A model generated the notes under the pieces. That model was not told the origin of the DNA and made no database searches. It saw nothing but the letters and a program-made list of their open reading frames with translations. DNA of 63,722 nt, the filler included, from Octopus bimaculoides (lineage: Eukaryota): NCBI RefSeq assembly GCF_001194135.2. It is 9 parts of 8 records of this genome, joined end to end, with 100 filler letters (N's around TTAATTAATTAA, not from the genome) between each part and the next. Parts side by side here need not be neighbours in the genome. Positions count along the whole stretch, not along the records: positions 27,125 to 37,258 come from NC_068998.1; positions 37,359 to 43,854 come from NC_068983.1; 7 more parts are not named here. One strand, given 5' to 3'. Position numbers and translations under genes: made by a program. This document shows, in pieces, positions 27,125-37,402 of the stretch. Every line of letters begins with the position of its first letter. Position 1 is the first letter of the stretch.

Positions 27125-27310
27125 TGGACCCCTACAACTACTCGGAATTCTTCACTGTACTCGTTGCCAACCCTCACCTTACTGACAGCGTCCCTGTACA
27201 TGGCTTGCACAGCTCTCACTAAGCACTCATCTATCCCTAGTTTTCTCATTGACCACCAGATAAGGGAGCAGGGGACCCTGTCAAAGGCTTTCTCCATGTC
27301 AACGAAAGCC
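27125..27310 (-). mobile_element. RTE-clade LINE reverse transcriptase fragment
   Basis: AFVDMEKAFDRVPCSLIWWSMRKLGIDECLVRAVQAMYRDAVSKVRVGNEYSEEFRVVVGV. Confidence 0.9.
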
Positions 27311-28038
27311 ATACATATATATGCACACACACACACACACACACACACATGTATAGATATACAAATGCATATGCACAGACACATATATATACATGTGTAT
27401 GTGTGTATATATACATATATATATTGGAAGGTTTAGAGGTGATGTACAGGAATTATATATTAGAAAAAATAATAATCAGGTACTCAGATGTCTGAATGGT
27501 TGTATATTTACAGATTTTTATTCGTATGTCACATGTTTTGTAAATTAGCGCTTTCACCTAGTGTTGTAGGGTTTTCAAATTTTTTGAAAACCCTACAAGA
27601 CTAGGTGAAAGTGCTAATTCACAAAACATGCGACACATGAACAAATATCTGCAAATACACAACCATCCAGACATCTGAGCAACCTGATTATTATTTTTTC
27701 TAATATACATATATATATACACACACTCACATGTATAAATATATATATATGTATATATCATCATTTACATAACCATACACTCACACACATCATATATGCA
27801 TGGCAAAAGAGATGGAAAGAATAAGTACCAGGCTCTAAAAAATAAGTCCTGGGGTTCATTTGTTTGACTAAAACATTTCTAGGCAGTGACCCAGCATGGC
27901 CATAATCAAAAATGACTGAAACAAGTAAAAGATAGAAGATATGCAAACATGCCCCCCCCCCCCCGTTACAAATACCAGAAATTTAGCACAACCTAATACA
28001 TATACAGACAGCACAAGCTTGACATAGAAACAACTCAC

Positions 28039-28183
28039 CTGTAACATTTCTCTGTGAATACTAAAATGTCCATAAGAACCAAAATATGCTTCGTCTTCAT
28101 CTTGACTTAGGTTCTGCACTGCGGTGCACTGACACTGTGATGAGTTGGATTCTGCACTCAGGTAAAATTCATTAACACAGTCC
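28039..28183 (-). CDS. PRMT3: Protein arginine N-methyltransferase 3, internal exon (start of methyltransferase core)
   Basis: Acceptor tttactttag|G, donor CAG|gtgagt; encodes (R)DCVNEFYLSAESNSSQCQCTAVQNLSQDEDEAYFGSYGHFSIHREMLQ, matching PRMT3 [24 protein letters not shown]; phase-2 join with the 33415 exon. Confidence 0.9.
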
Positions 28184-28474
28184 CTAAAGTAAATAAACAT
28201 TTACTGTACAGAGTACACTAATCGTAGATGAATACATTTCACCACTGACTCTACGAAGTACATCTAGCAGTAAATAGATATTAAGAGGTAGTTTACATGT
28301 CTACTTCAACTAATCCATCAACCTATAAGTATACTATTATAGTGTAGTACAATTTGCCACATATCTATCAAGCTTTAATTAGTTACCTTGGCAAGATATT
28401 GAATAACTGGACAAGCACATTAAACTCCAGATATTAAAACATCATCTACAATATGGGAACAATAAATATCATTC

Positions 28475-28650
28475 AGAATAAATATTTATGTTCTTTGCCT
28501 GTGAGAAACCTAGCAGAACCCTCCTCTCCACTACTTCTTGGATGCAGCTCAAATCTACACATCTCCGTTCAAGCATCTCAACAATCTCACCAGACCTACC
28601 TTTCAGTGTGCCCACGTTGAGTGTGCCAACCATGAGGGTGTGGGAGGTGC
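28475..28650 (-). mobile_element. RTE-clade LINE AP-endonuclease N-terminal fragment
   Basis: TLMVGTLNVGTLKGRSGEIVEMLERRCVDLSCIQEV. Confidence 0.85.
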
Positions 28651-28965
28651 GGACCTGTGTGACCCTGGGATGAGGGACAGCAGTGTCATGTACCTGAAAA
28701 GGCAGCTCGCATTTGGCAGAATTCATAAACGAACAACAGCCTTCAACCTGCATACACTACACCATCATTTTTATGCGCTATATGATCAGAACCTTACTTA
28801 GGAGATAGGCCCTAAGTAGGGGTGGGGATGGCATTAAGCCTTTAGAAGTGCTCATGGGAGACAACCGAAGGATGTCAGAGGATAGGGACTTCTGGAACTG
28901 GTGGTGGGGGTGGGAGCGTGGGCGCACTGCAAAACAGCAATACCGGTGTTAGAAATAGCATATTA

Positions 28966-30540
28966 ATAGTAGATAGAATTTTAAAATCTTAGCATATTCG
29001 GTCAGCCAATTTGTGACAAAATTAGAGAAATGAGTAATGGATGATGTGACAAAGGTAAATAGATGAATAAGTGAGTGATGATAGGGTATTCATGTGAACT
29101 TCAGTTTGTTTTTAAGATGGGAAATGAAAACTATGTTTACAGAACTAAGAGGGGATTATGATCTGCGTTGNNNNNNNNNNNNNNNNAAAAAAAAAAAAAA
29201 AAAAAAAAAAGATTCCTTATTTGAACAACAACATCTGGCTGGATTTGTATTCTTTTGGCGGGGTTATTGAAATGTTGTAGGAATCCGAGAGAGCAAGTTT
29301 ATATAGAGTGGGATGGTGGAGGAGGAGGAGGTAAGTGATTGGAGAAGCAAGCGGTTATCGAAACAGAGAGAGAGAGAGAGAGAGAGAAACAATGCCAGTG
29401 TTAGGATAGAACACGAGGGGGAGAGAGATAATTCTTTTGGGGCTTTTGTGAAACATAATTTTAATGAAACGGCAAATTAATAGTAGATAGAATTTAAAAA
29501 TCTTAGAATATTCAGTTACCCAATCTGTGACAAAATTAGAGAAATGACTAATTGATGATGTGACAAAAGTAAATAGATGAATGAATGAGTGACGATAAGG
29601 TATTTGTGTGAACATAAGTTTGCTTTTCAGACAGAAAACGAAAACTATGTTTACAAAACTAAGAGGGGATTATGATCTGCGCTGAAATAGAGGTGATAGA
29701 TGTACTGAGTTTGGGAAAAAAACAAAAAACAAGAAGAAACCATGATGGTCCTCTGGAGGACATTTGTCCTCAGCCACCTGGATTACTGCTCACAGCTATG
29801 GTCACCCACCAGTGTGAAATTAACAGCAGACCTTGAAGCAATCCAGAGAAGATTCACAAAGAACATTGTCTCTTTGCAACTGCTCAGCTACTGGGAAAGG
29901 CTGAAACAACTGAGACTCTACACCCTGGTGAGAAGGCGGGAGAGGTATGCAGTAATATACATCTGGAAGATCCTGGAAGGAATTGTGNNNNNNNNNNNNN
30001 NNNNNNNNNNNNNNNNNNNNNNNNNNNNNNNNNNNNNNNNNNNNNNNNNNNNNNNNNNNNNNNNNNNNNNNNNNNNNNNNNNNNNNNNNNNNNNNNNNNN
30101 NNNNNNNNNNNNNNNNNNNNNNNNNNNNNNNTTTAATATTCTCCCAAAGAGCCTGAGGAACCTGCACAAAGTAGATGTAGGGGTTTTTAAATTAAAGCTG
30201 GATCTCTTCCTGCCGAGAATCCCAGATGAACCTACCTCACGGCAAGAGGTGCAAATGAGGGTAGCTACATCAAACTCCAGTCTTCACCAAGTGCCACATA
30301 TTGGAGGAGGCTCTCAGTAATAACAGTGTAGCAAAACGGCGGTGCATCAGCATGGCCGCAGCTCTAAGCTGAAACTATAAAAAAAAAAAAAAAAAAAGAT
30401 TCCTTATCTGAACAACATCTGGTTGGATTTGTATATTTTGGGCGAGGTGATTGAAATGTAGTAGGAATCCGAGAGAGCAAGTTTATATAGAGTGGGATGG
30501 TGGAGGAGGAGGTAAGTGATTGAACAAAACTATGAAATAG
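28966..30540. repeat. Local duplication: segment A (28966-29170 / 29479-29685) and segment B (29205-29340 / 30395-30520)
   Basis: Both pairs align by eye with scattered substitutions; A on the minus strand contains an SADHNPL motif typical of the end of an AP endonuclease. Confidence 0.75.
29745..30397 (+). mobile_element. CR1/L2-group LINE 3' fragment with poly-A tail
   Basis: LWRTFVLSHLDYCSQLWSP...LEAIQRRFTK...SYWERLKQLRLYTLVRRRERY...FNILPKSLRN...FKLKLDLFL; ends CAGCATGGCCGCAGCTCTAAGCTGAAACTAT(A)n. Confidence 0.85.
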
Positions 30541-31269
30541 GCTAGAAAGGATTAGTAAGGAAGTAGATAAGGTAAACTCTTGGTATTGTAGTGACAACTT
30601 TCAAAGGAGAATTAGCCCATAGTTTTAGTATAGCTTTGAGAGATGTTAAACTTATAATTAAGTAGTAGAGAAACCAGGGGAATCCATTTGATAAATAGAA
30701 CATACATACCTATTTGAAAGACCTTGTGCTCTAATAGGAATTGTATTTTGTGTAATGCAAATCCAAAGATCAACCGTAGAACAAGGAATATAGTTTATTG
30801 GTTAAAATGCATTGAGGGTAAATATAAGAACTTGTAGGGAAAATTGCGAGGAGCCTAGCTGAAAGAATGGAAATTCACTGAAGAGAATATAGTGATAAGT
30901 ACTCTATTGGCATGCTTAGGATAAATAAGACATAAAAATCATACTGACACACCCATATGATGCAGCTTTTTATGTTAGACGCATGAACATACACCAATAA
31001 ATAAATAGAAACCATTACTTAAGATGCGATGACCACACCACCACTGCCACCAGCTTCAAAAGTGAAAAAAACTTCTCAATATTACACACTATGTAGGATC
31101 ATTTACAAATCCACATGTATGTGCATGCCTGTGTTTTGCTGACACAAACCACCATGCCTATAGAACGTGCATGTGCATCTTGACATTAAATTGGTTGATA
31201 ATCACAGTATAAATCAGATATGCTAGACAGCCCTTCCCACCCATCCACCCTCCAGAGGGTGAAAAGATA

Positions 31270-32545
31270 TTATAGGCCTATTTAGTAAGATAAGGTGAAA
31301 AGGCAGCAACAAGTATAGTAATGAATTCAGTGTAGAGGTAGGAGTTCATCAAGGATTGATTCTCAGCCTCCTCTTGTTTGTCATAGTCCTCCAGGCCATA
31401 ACAAAGGAATTTAAGGGCTGCCCTTGGGAAATCCTCTATGCTAATGACCTTGTTCTTATTGCTGAGTCACCACCAGAACTAGAAGAAATTTCAGGTGTGG
31501 AAGCAAGGTCTGGAATCAAAGAGCCTTAGAGTTAATTTATCAAAGACCAAAGTCCTAGTAGGTATGAAAACAAATTAGAAACCCTTTCAGGGAGATGGCC
31601 CTCCTTGATGTGTAGAAAAGGTGTAGGTAGAAACTCCATAAGGTATACCCAGTGCAAAATATGGACATATAAAAGGTGCAGCAGTATCATAGGAAGGCTA
31701 ATAGAGAAAATAGTGTTTATGTGTAGCAGATGTGCAGGTACAATGAACACTAGAAATGTACAGAAAATTGATTTTGTCAAATACCCAGGGATATACTCAG
31801 AAATAGGAGATAGCTTCCATTACCTAGGTGACCAAATTAGCATTGGAGGAGTATTCTCTGAGAATGTAGCAGCTAGAATAAGAATGGGTTGGGAAACATT
31901 CAGAGGGCTGCTACCTTTGTTGGCCATCCCCTACAAATAAAAGGCAGATTGTATGATGCCTGTGTGCAAACAGTCATACTACATAGCAGTGAAACCTGGG
32001 CTATGACTGTAGCGGACATGCAGAGACTTGAAAGAAACAAAGTCAGCATGCTCTACAAGTCAGGGTGCATGTACAACAGTGTGTGTGTGTGTTAAGAGAA
32101 AAATTGGGTATAAGAGGCATCAGATGTAGCATGCAAGAGAGAAGACTGTATTGGTATGGTCATGTGATGCGTAAAGAAGTGTTGATTTCTAATTATGGAG
32201 GGAACCTGTGGAAGAGGCAGACCCAGGATGACATGGGACAAGGTGGTGAAATATGATCTTCAGTTGTTGAGTCTCATGGAGGCAATGACAAGTGATCGAG
32301 ACTTCTGGCAATTTGCTGCACTGGAGAAGATACATCAAACTAAATGAAATTGTAGTCGTGGCCAGCGCCAGTGACACATTAAAGGCACCCAGTACACTCT
32401 GTAGAGTGGTTGACATTAGGAAGGGCATCCAGCTGCAGAAACCAAGCCAAAACAGACTGAAGCCTGGTGCAACTCTCTGGCTTACTATCTCCAGTCAGAC
32501 TGTCTAACCCATGCCTGCATGGAAAATGGACATTAAATGATCATG
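31270..32545 (+). mobile_element. RTE-clade LINE, RT C-terminus to 3' UTR, degraded
   Basis: GVHQGLILSLLLFVIVLQAITKEFKGCPWEILYANDLVLIAES, GRLYDACVQTVILHSSETWA, RLYWYGHVMR; 3' UTR ending CCCATGCCTGCATGGAAAATGGACATTAAATGAT. Confidence 0.85.
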
Positions 32546-33414
32546 TGGTTGGTATGAGAGTTAGACACAAAGACACCAACCATACATAGATAAATACATA
32601 AATGTTAACCATTAACACTTTTCAAAGAATCCATACCATATATATATATTACATGAGTACACACACGTTGTCTCTCACACAATGACAGAATCCACTTTAT
32701 GCTACACAGGCATGCAGGTGTACATATGCATACACACACTCTCTCTCACACATTCCTATAAATATAAATACAGAATCCATAAACTACAAGACAGACTTGA
32801 AGTAGAGTGGGTATGTCACTGATGAGGTCATTATAAAGTGAGAAAAGGACTAACAAATCTAGCTGATGATTGAGTCACAGAACAATTAATCAAACAATTC
32901 ATTAGTTAATTGGTTAAATGGTTAACAAATATTATGAACTAATAATAAAAGAATTGAAATGGAACCAATGTGTGTGTTTATTATTGGCATAATGGCCCTC
33001 CCAAGATTCAATAAAATAATTTTTAGATTTTTTCCTGCTGCTCCAGCATGACCTAGCCTTTGGCTGAAAGAGTAAAATATAATCTTCATGTATATAAAGA
33101 TCATCGCAAGTATAAAGTACCAACAATTTTAACTAACATATCAGAATGAAGGCAGCCCCAACATGTCACAAGTACTAAAAATAGGTTCCAAATCATGCCT
33201 ATGCATTGTCCAACATTACAATTATATTGCCAGTAACTTTTAATGCTTGAAACAAAAAATAATTAATGTGAATGGAAGTTTTAATAAATGAGGTGACAAA
33301 GATCAAAATGATTGATGATAAGCAGACCTGAACAATGTATACTAAATAGAATAACCAACATGAAAAAGTCTAATGATGACATCAGTGTGGGTATGTAAAA
33401 GGTGTCTTTTGTAC

Positions 33415-33643
33415 CTGACTTTAGTTAGGTCACTGACAGCTCGTCTTAGTGCATCAGTTAACATGTGGCACCTATATTCAGAAATTTTTAGTTTTTCACC
33501 CAGTTCAGATGTTGTCATATTGTAACCATTAGTTGTTCCAAAAGTTGAACCTAAACCATTTTGTGCAGTGCCAATAGGAACTTGTGGGTCAACAGGATTT
33601 ACACGACTCAGACTACTTTCATCAAAATTGCAGGGAACAATTT
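33415..33643 (-). CDS. PRMT3: PRMT3 internal exon (linker and coiled-coil helix)
   Basis: Acceptor ttttgtttttcag|AA, donor AG|gtacaa; 229 bp open frame (E)IVPCNF...ELGEKLKISEYRCHMLTDALRRAVSDLTKV(R), similar to PRMT3 EKLK.ME.R....E.AL.RA.EDL.K; phases match both neighbours. Confidence 0.85.
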
Positions 33644-33855
33644 CTGAAAAACAAAAGCAAGAAAGATAATGCTAAGTATGCCATAAAATATAACCATGGT
33701 AACTAATTTTTTCATTTTTCATCTACAATTTGTAAAGATGAAGTTTTGTAAATTGGAGTTATACAAAATGAGGTATGCCTTTCATTGTCATTTCTGTTCA
33801 GTGGCGTATACTCCATTCCCCCCTTGAAACTAATTTTAACCACTGTACTTCAGTA

Positions 33856-34025
33856 CAGGGTGCGATGAATAAACTGTCGTCTAAATTATGCAAAAATGAA
33901 AATAACACAGACATCTCGTTTTAACAGATACATTTACCAAATTTACATAGCAATACAATGAAATACTAAAGATTAAATTTTTTCAATAAAATTGTCATTG
34001 GCTTCAACCACAGCCTCCAGACATT
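33856..34025. mobile_element. End of a Tc1/mariner-superfamily element (CAGGGTGCGATG terminus)
   Basis: TA|CAGGGTGCGATGAATAAACTGT; the same terminus occurs at 57669 on the minus strand. Confidence 0.55.
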
Positions 34026-34269
34026 AAATGCTTTTAAGCTGCAGTATTTCATCAAGGGAAGCTCCTTTTAAGAACATAAAAAAACAACTATACTTCAAAG
34101 CCTGGTGAAACAAATTACATCATGATGTGACCAGTCTGGTGCATTCTTGGCCAGCTGTCAGAATACATGGCACCCACTTGACAGAAAACTTCTTCATGCC
34201 AAGTTTGTTGTGCATAATATTCTGAACTCTCTCATGGGATATACTAATAGCATTAGCTATAGGATTTAT

Positions 34270-34510
34270 GTGGAGGCACATGGTCTAGTGGTTACAGCAG
34301 TGTGTGTTCAAATCTCAGACCAGGCAATGTGTGTGTTTATGAGTGAAATACCTAAGCTCCACACAGCTTCTGCTGACTCTTTTGCCACAACTTTCTCTCA
34401 ATTTTTCCTCCTGCATCTAGCAGCTCACCTGTGACGGACCGGGATCCCATTCAGATGGGGAACCTATATGACAACGAAACCAGGAAACTGCCTCTTATGA
34501 ACCAGGCAGG
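34270..34510 (+). mobile_element. tRNA-derived SINE, family C
   Basis: GTGGAGGCACATGGTCTAGTGGTTA head, GTTCAAATCTC B-box-like, then TGTGTGTTTATGAG...; related heads on the minus strand at 42048 and 59886. Confidence 0.6.
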
Positions 34511-34763
34511 AACAAACAACATATGATTTATAATCAATCACCTATCATCCATTACCATGTGGTGAACACAATCAATGTTTTCCTTGGTGGTTGCAGTTGT
34601 AGGATGTCTAGACTTTGGGTCATCTTCAAGACTCTCCTTCCCCTCCCAAATTAAGCTGCCCACATTTGCACTGTTGATGAAGCTGGAGCATCATCCCCTA
34701 ATGTAGCAACTATAAAACCAGCCTGTGCCTAAAGAGCCATTAAAATATAAGTCAGGAACTCAC

Positions 34764-34872
34764 CTAACATAAGCATTGGATCTTCATCATCTTCTGGCTT
34801 GAGATATTTAGGATCATTCCATGGAAACAACTGAGTTTTAAAAATTTGTGTCAATTCTGATGGAAGAATTTT
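34764..34872 (-). CDS. PRMT3: PRMT3 internal exon (C-terminal part of zinc-finger-containing domain)
   Basis: Acceptor tattttttcag|AAA, donor G|gtgagt; 109 bp, KILPSELTQIFKTQLFPWNDPKYLKPEDDEDPMLML, matching PRMT3 PW....YLKP...DD.LL; phase-1 join to the next exon. Confidence 0.88.
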
Positions 34873-35498
34873 CTGAAAAAATATACAAGAAAAGATATAA
34901 AAACATTAACTAGTGTTAGAGAAAGCTATATTCAGAAAGTTGTTGCTGTATCATGTATGTAAAATGTAGTACAGGAAACAACTTTTACAGTTACTAACAC
35001 TCAAATATAGTTGTTTATTGGTTTACATGGTTTCACTTTGCTATAAATTTGGTTTTAGTATATTCGTTTTTGTTTTTTACTTAACAGATACAGAAACACA
35101 ACCTCAGTATGATCCCATCTCACTTTATTCTCCAATGCTTACATGCCACTACTTATGTCTCCCTTTCACTGAGCTACATCTAAAATACAACATATCAAAA
35201 ACCTAACAGTATATCTTTTTTCTACCTCTTTGGAGAGATTTTGCCTAATATAATTTTAATCCTATTTAATCTTTTAACTGAAATAGCTGTAAGGGACTAT
35301 GTTTGATTTTTGCAGATAATAAATTTATATTAAATGCTATACCTCCATTTTCTTACTTTCTTTTGAATGATTTATATATAAACCTATAGTATTATAATAT
35401 TATTATTCACAACAAATATTAGGTATTGAACCAGTAATTCATTGGATAATACCATACCTTCATGAGACTAATATAACCTCTAATTGAATTGTGTATTA

Positions 35499-36590
35499 TT
35501 AGGTCATCAAGTATGAAATTTGTAGAAAAGGAAAAACAGTTTGCTAATGTTTTATAAATACAAGGTATAGTTTTATTCATCAAAGTATGCACCCATATTG
35601 TCAATACACTTTTGCCATTTCAGCAGTAGCTTGTCCAGCCCAGAACTGTAAAAGCCTGGCAATCTAGAGTCAATAAAATCTTGGAAGGCCTGTTTTACAA
35701 CATCGTCGGAATTAAACTTTTTTCCTATCAAAAAGTTATCCAAATTCTGGAAGAAGTGATAGTCAGTGGGGGCGAGATCAGGTGAGAATGGTGGATGATA
35801 GAGTTTCACCAATGTCCATTTTGCGATGTGTGGTCTGGCATGGTCTTGCAATAAAATGGGAGTGGCTAATCTAGGATGTTTTTTGTAAGTTTCTGCATCA
35901 TTTGGTCCAGCTGGCTGCAGTATACATTGACTGTGATTGATGAGCCAGGTTTAAAGAAATCATAATGGATCACACCTATGCCAGATCACCAAACACACAC
36001 CAGCAGCTTCTCTTGATGAATTTTGCCTTTTGTACTGTGTTTTGGTGGCTTGTCTTTGTCCAACCATTGTGCTGAACCTTTACGGTTGTTGTATTGGATC
36101 CATTTCTCATCATGTTACAATTCGATTCAAAAATTATTCATTTTTGTGACAAGAAAGTAGCATAAAGCAGGCTTCCAAACGCTGTTTCTGATTTTCATTG
36201 ACTTCATGTGGAATCCACTTATCTAACTTTTTCACTTTACCGAACTGAACTAGGTGAGTCAATACTGTTTCCTTGCTAATACCACACAACAACGATAGTT
36301 GAAGGGCTCTTTGAGATGGATCTGATTCGACGGTAGCTTTCAGTTTGTCATTAACCACCTTTGTTTCTGTGATGTTGCATTTCCAAGAAAGAACTAGTAT
36401 TTCAAAACTGTATGAATTTCCAACTTAACCATCTCTGCACAAAAAGTGCAAAATGAGTTAAAATAAATAAATAAATATGTCAGCTTTCTAACAAAAAATA
36501 AAGATTGTCAAAATATAATAATGGCACAAAATGAGCAGCTATCAAAGTTTACCATATACCTTACTACAAATTTCATACTTGATAACCAAA
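35499..36590 (-). mobile_element. mariner (DD34D-type) transposon, degraded, both TIRs present
   Basis: TIRs TTAGGTCATCAAGTATGAAATTTGTAG / CTACAAATTTCATACTTGATAACCAA; motifs KKLDKWIPHE, QDHARPH, HPPFSPDLAPTDYHFF, WQKCIDNMGAYFDE. Confidence 0.9.
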
Positions 36591-36931
36591 TAAATGCATA
36601 TACACATATATATACATACAGACACGTAGGTGTGTGTGTGTGTATACTCAAATGTGAGTCTAGTTAGGTATAGGCTAAAACTAAGGCAACTAATGGTTAT
36701 TTGAAAATATAAGTGAAAAATGTTTTATGAGATGTTCCCTGTATAGAAGAGTAAGGAGATAAGTAATTCTAACTCCAAATATGCTGTGTATATAAAAAAA
36801 GTTGTATAGAAATGTCCAATGGAAAAGCATAGCTATATTTGAATTTGGATATGACCTGACAGTTAGAAACAATACTACAACTGTATATTTAAAAAAAAAA
36901 ATTGTACATGAGCATTAAATTAAAGAGGATA

Positions 36932-37366
36932 TCTATATATATAAAAATGAGAATGTGTCTGTCTGTCTGTCTGTCTGTGTGAATCCCTAAAACTTGAGAA
37001 CTACGCAACCAATTTCATTCAAATTTTACAGATGCATTACTTAGGGTTCCAGTTGTGTTTTAGTCAAAAACATTTTTTTACTTCTTGCAGAGTTCAAGCC
37101 CACGGCAACATAATATCTCTTCCACTATTTAAGTATTACGTGTCAAAAGTGAAACAAAAACACTCATGTCAAATACTTTTACTTTAAAAATGAAACTATT
37201 CCACTAACTGAAACAATCACATTTCAATACTGTAATGACAGATACTTTCAGAGAGAGANNNNNNNNNNNNNNNNNNNNNNNNNNNNNNNNNNNNNNNNNN
37301 NNTTAATTAATTAANNNNNNNNNNNNNNNNNNNNNNNNNNNNNNNNNNNNNNNNNNNNTATATATA

Positions 37367-37402
<36 letters not shown>

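Noticed and set aside
32817-32850. CTGATGAGGTC...GAAAA as a hammerhead core
   Set aside because: No stem II complement and no stem III or cleavage triplet.
35419-35604. NFILDDLIIHNSIRGYISLMK as the missing PRMT3 zinc-finger exon (resembles GYIKLIN)
   Set aside because: The upstream part is the mariner TIR (35499-35530), and there are no Cys/His zinc ligands; resemblance is coincidental.
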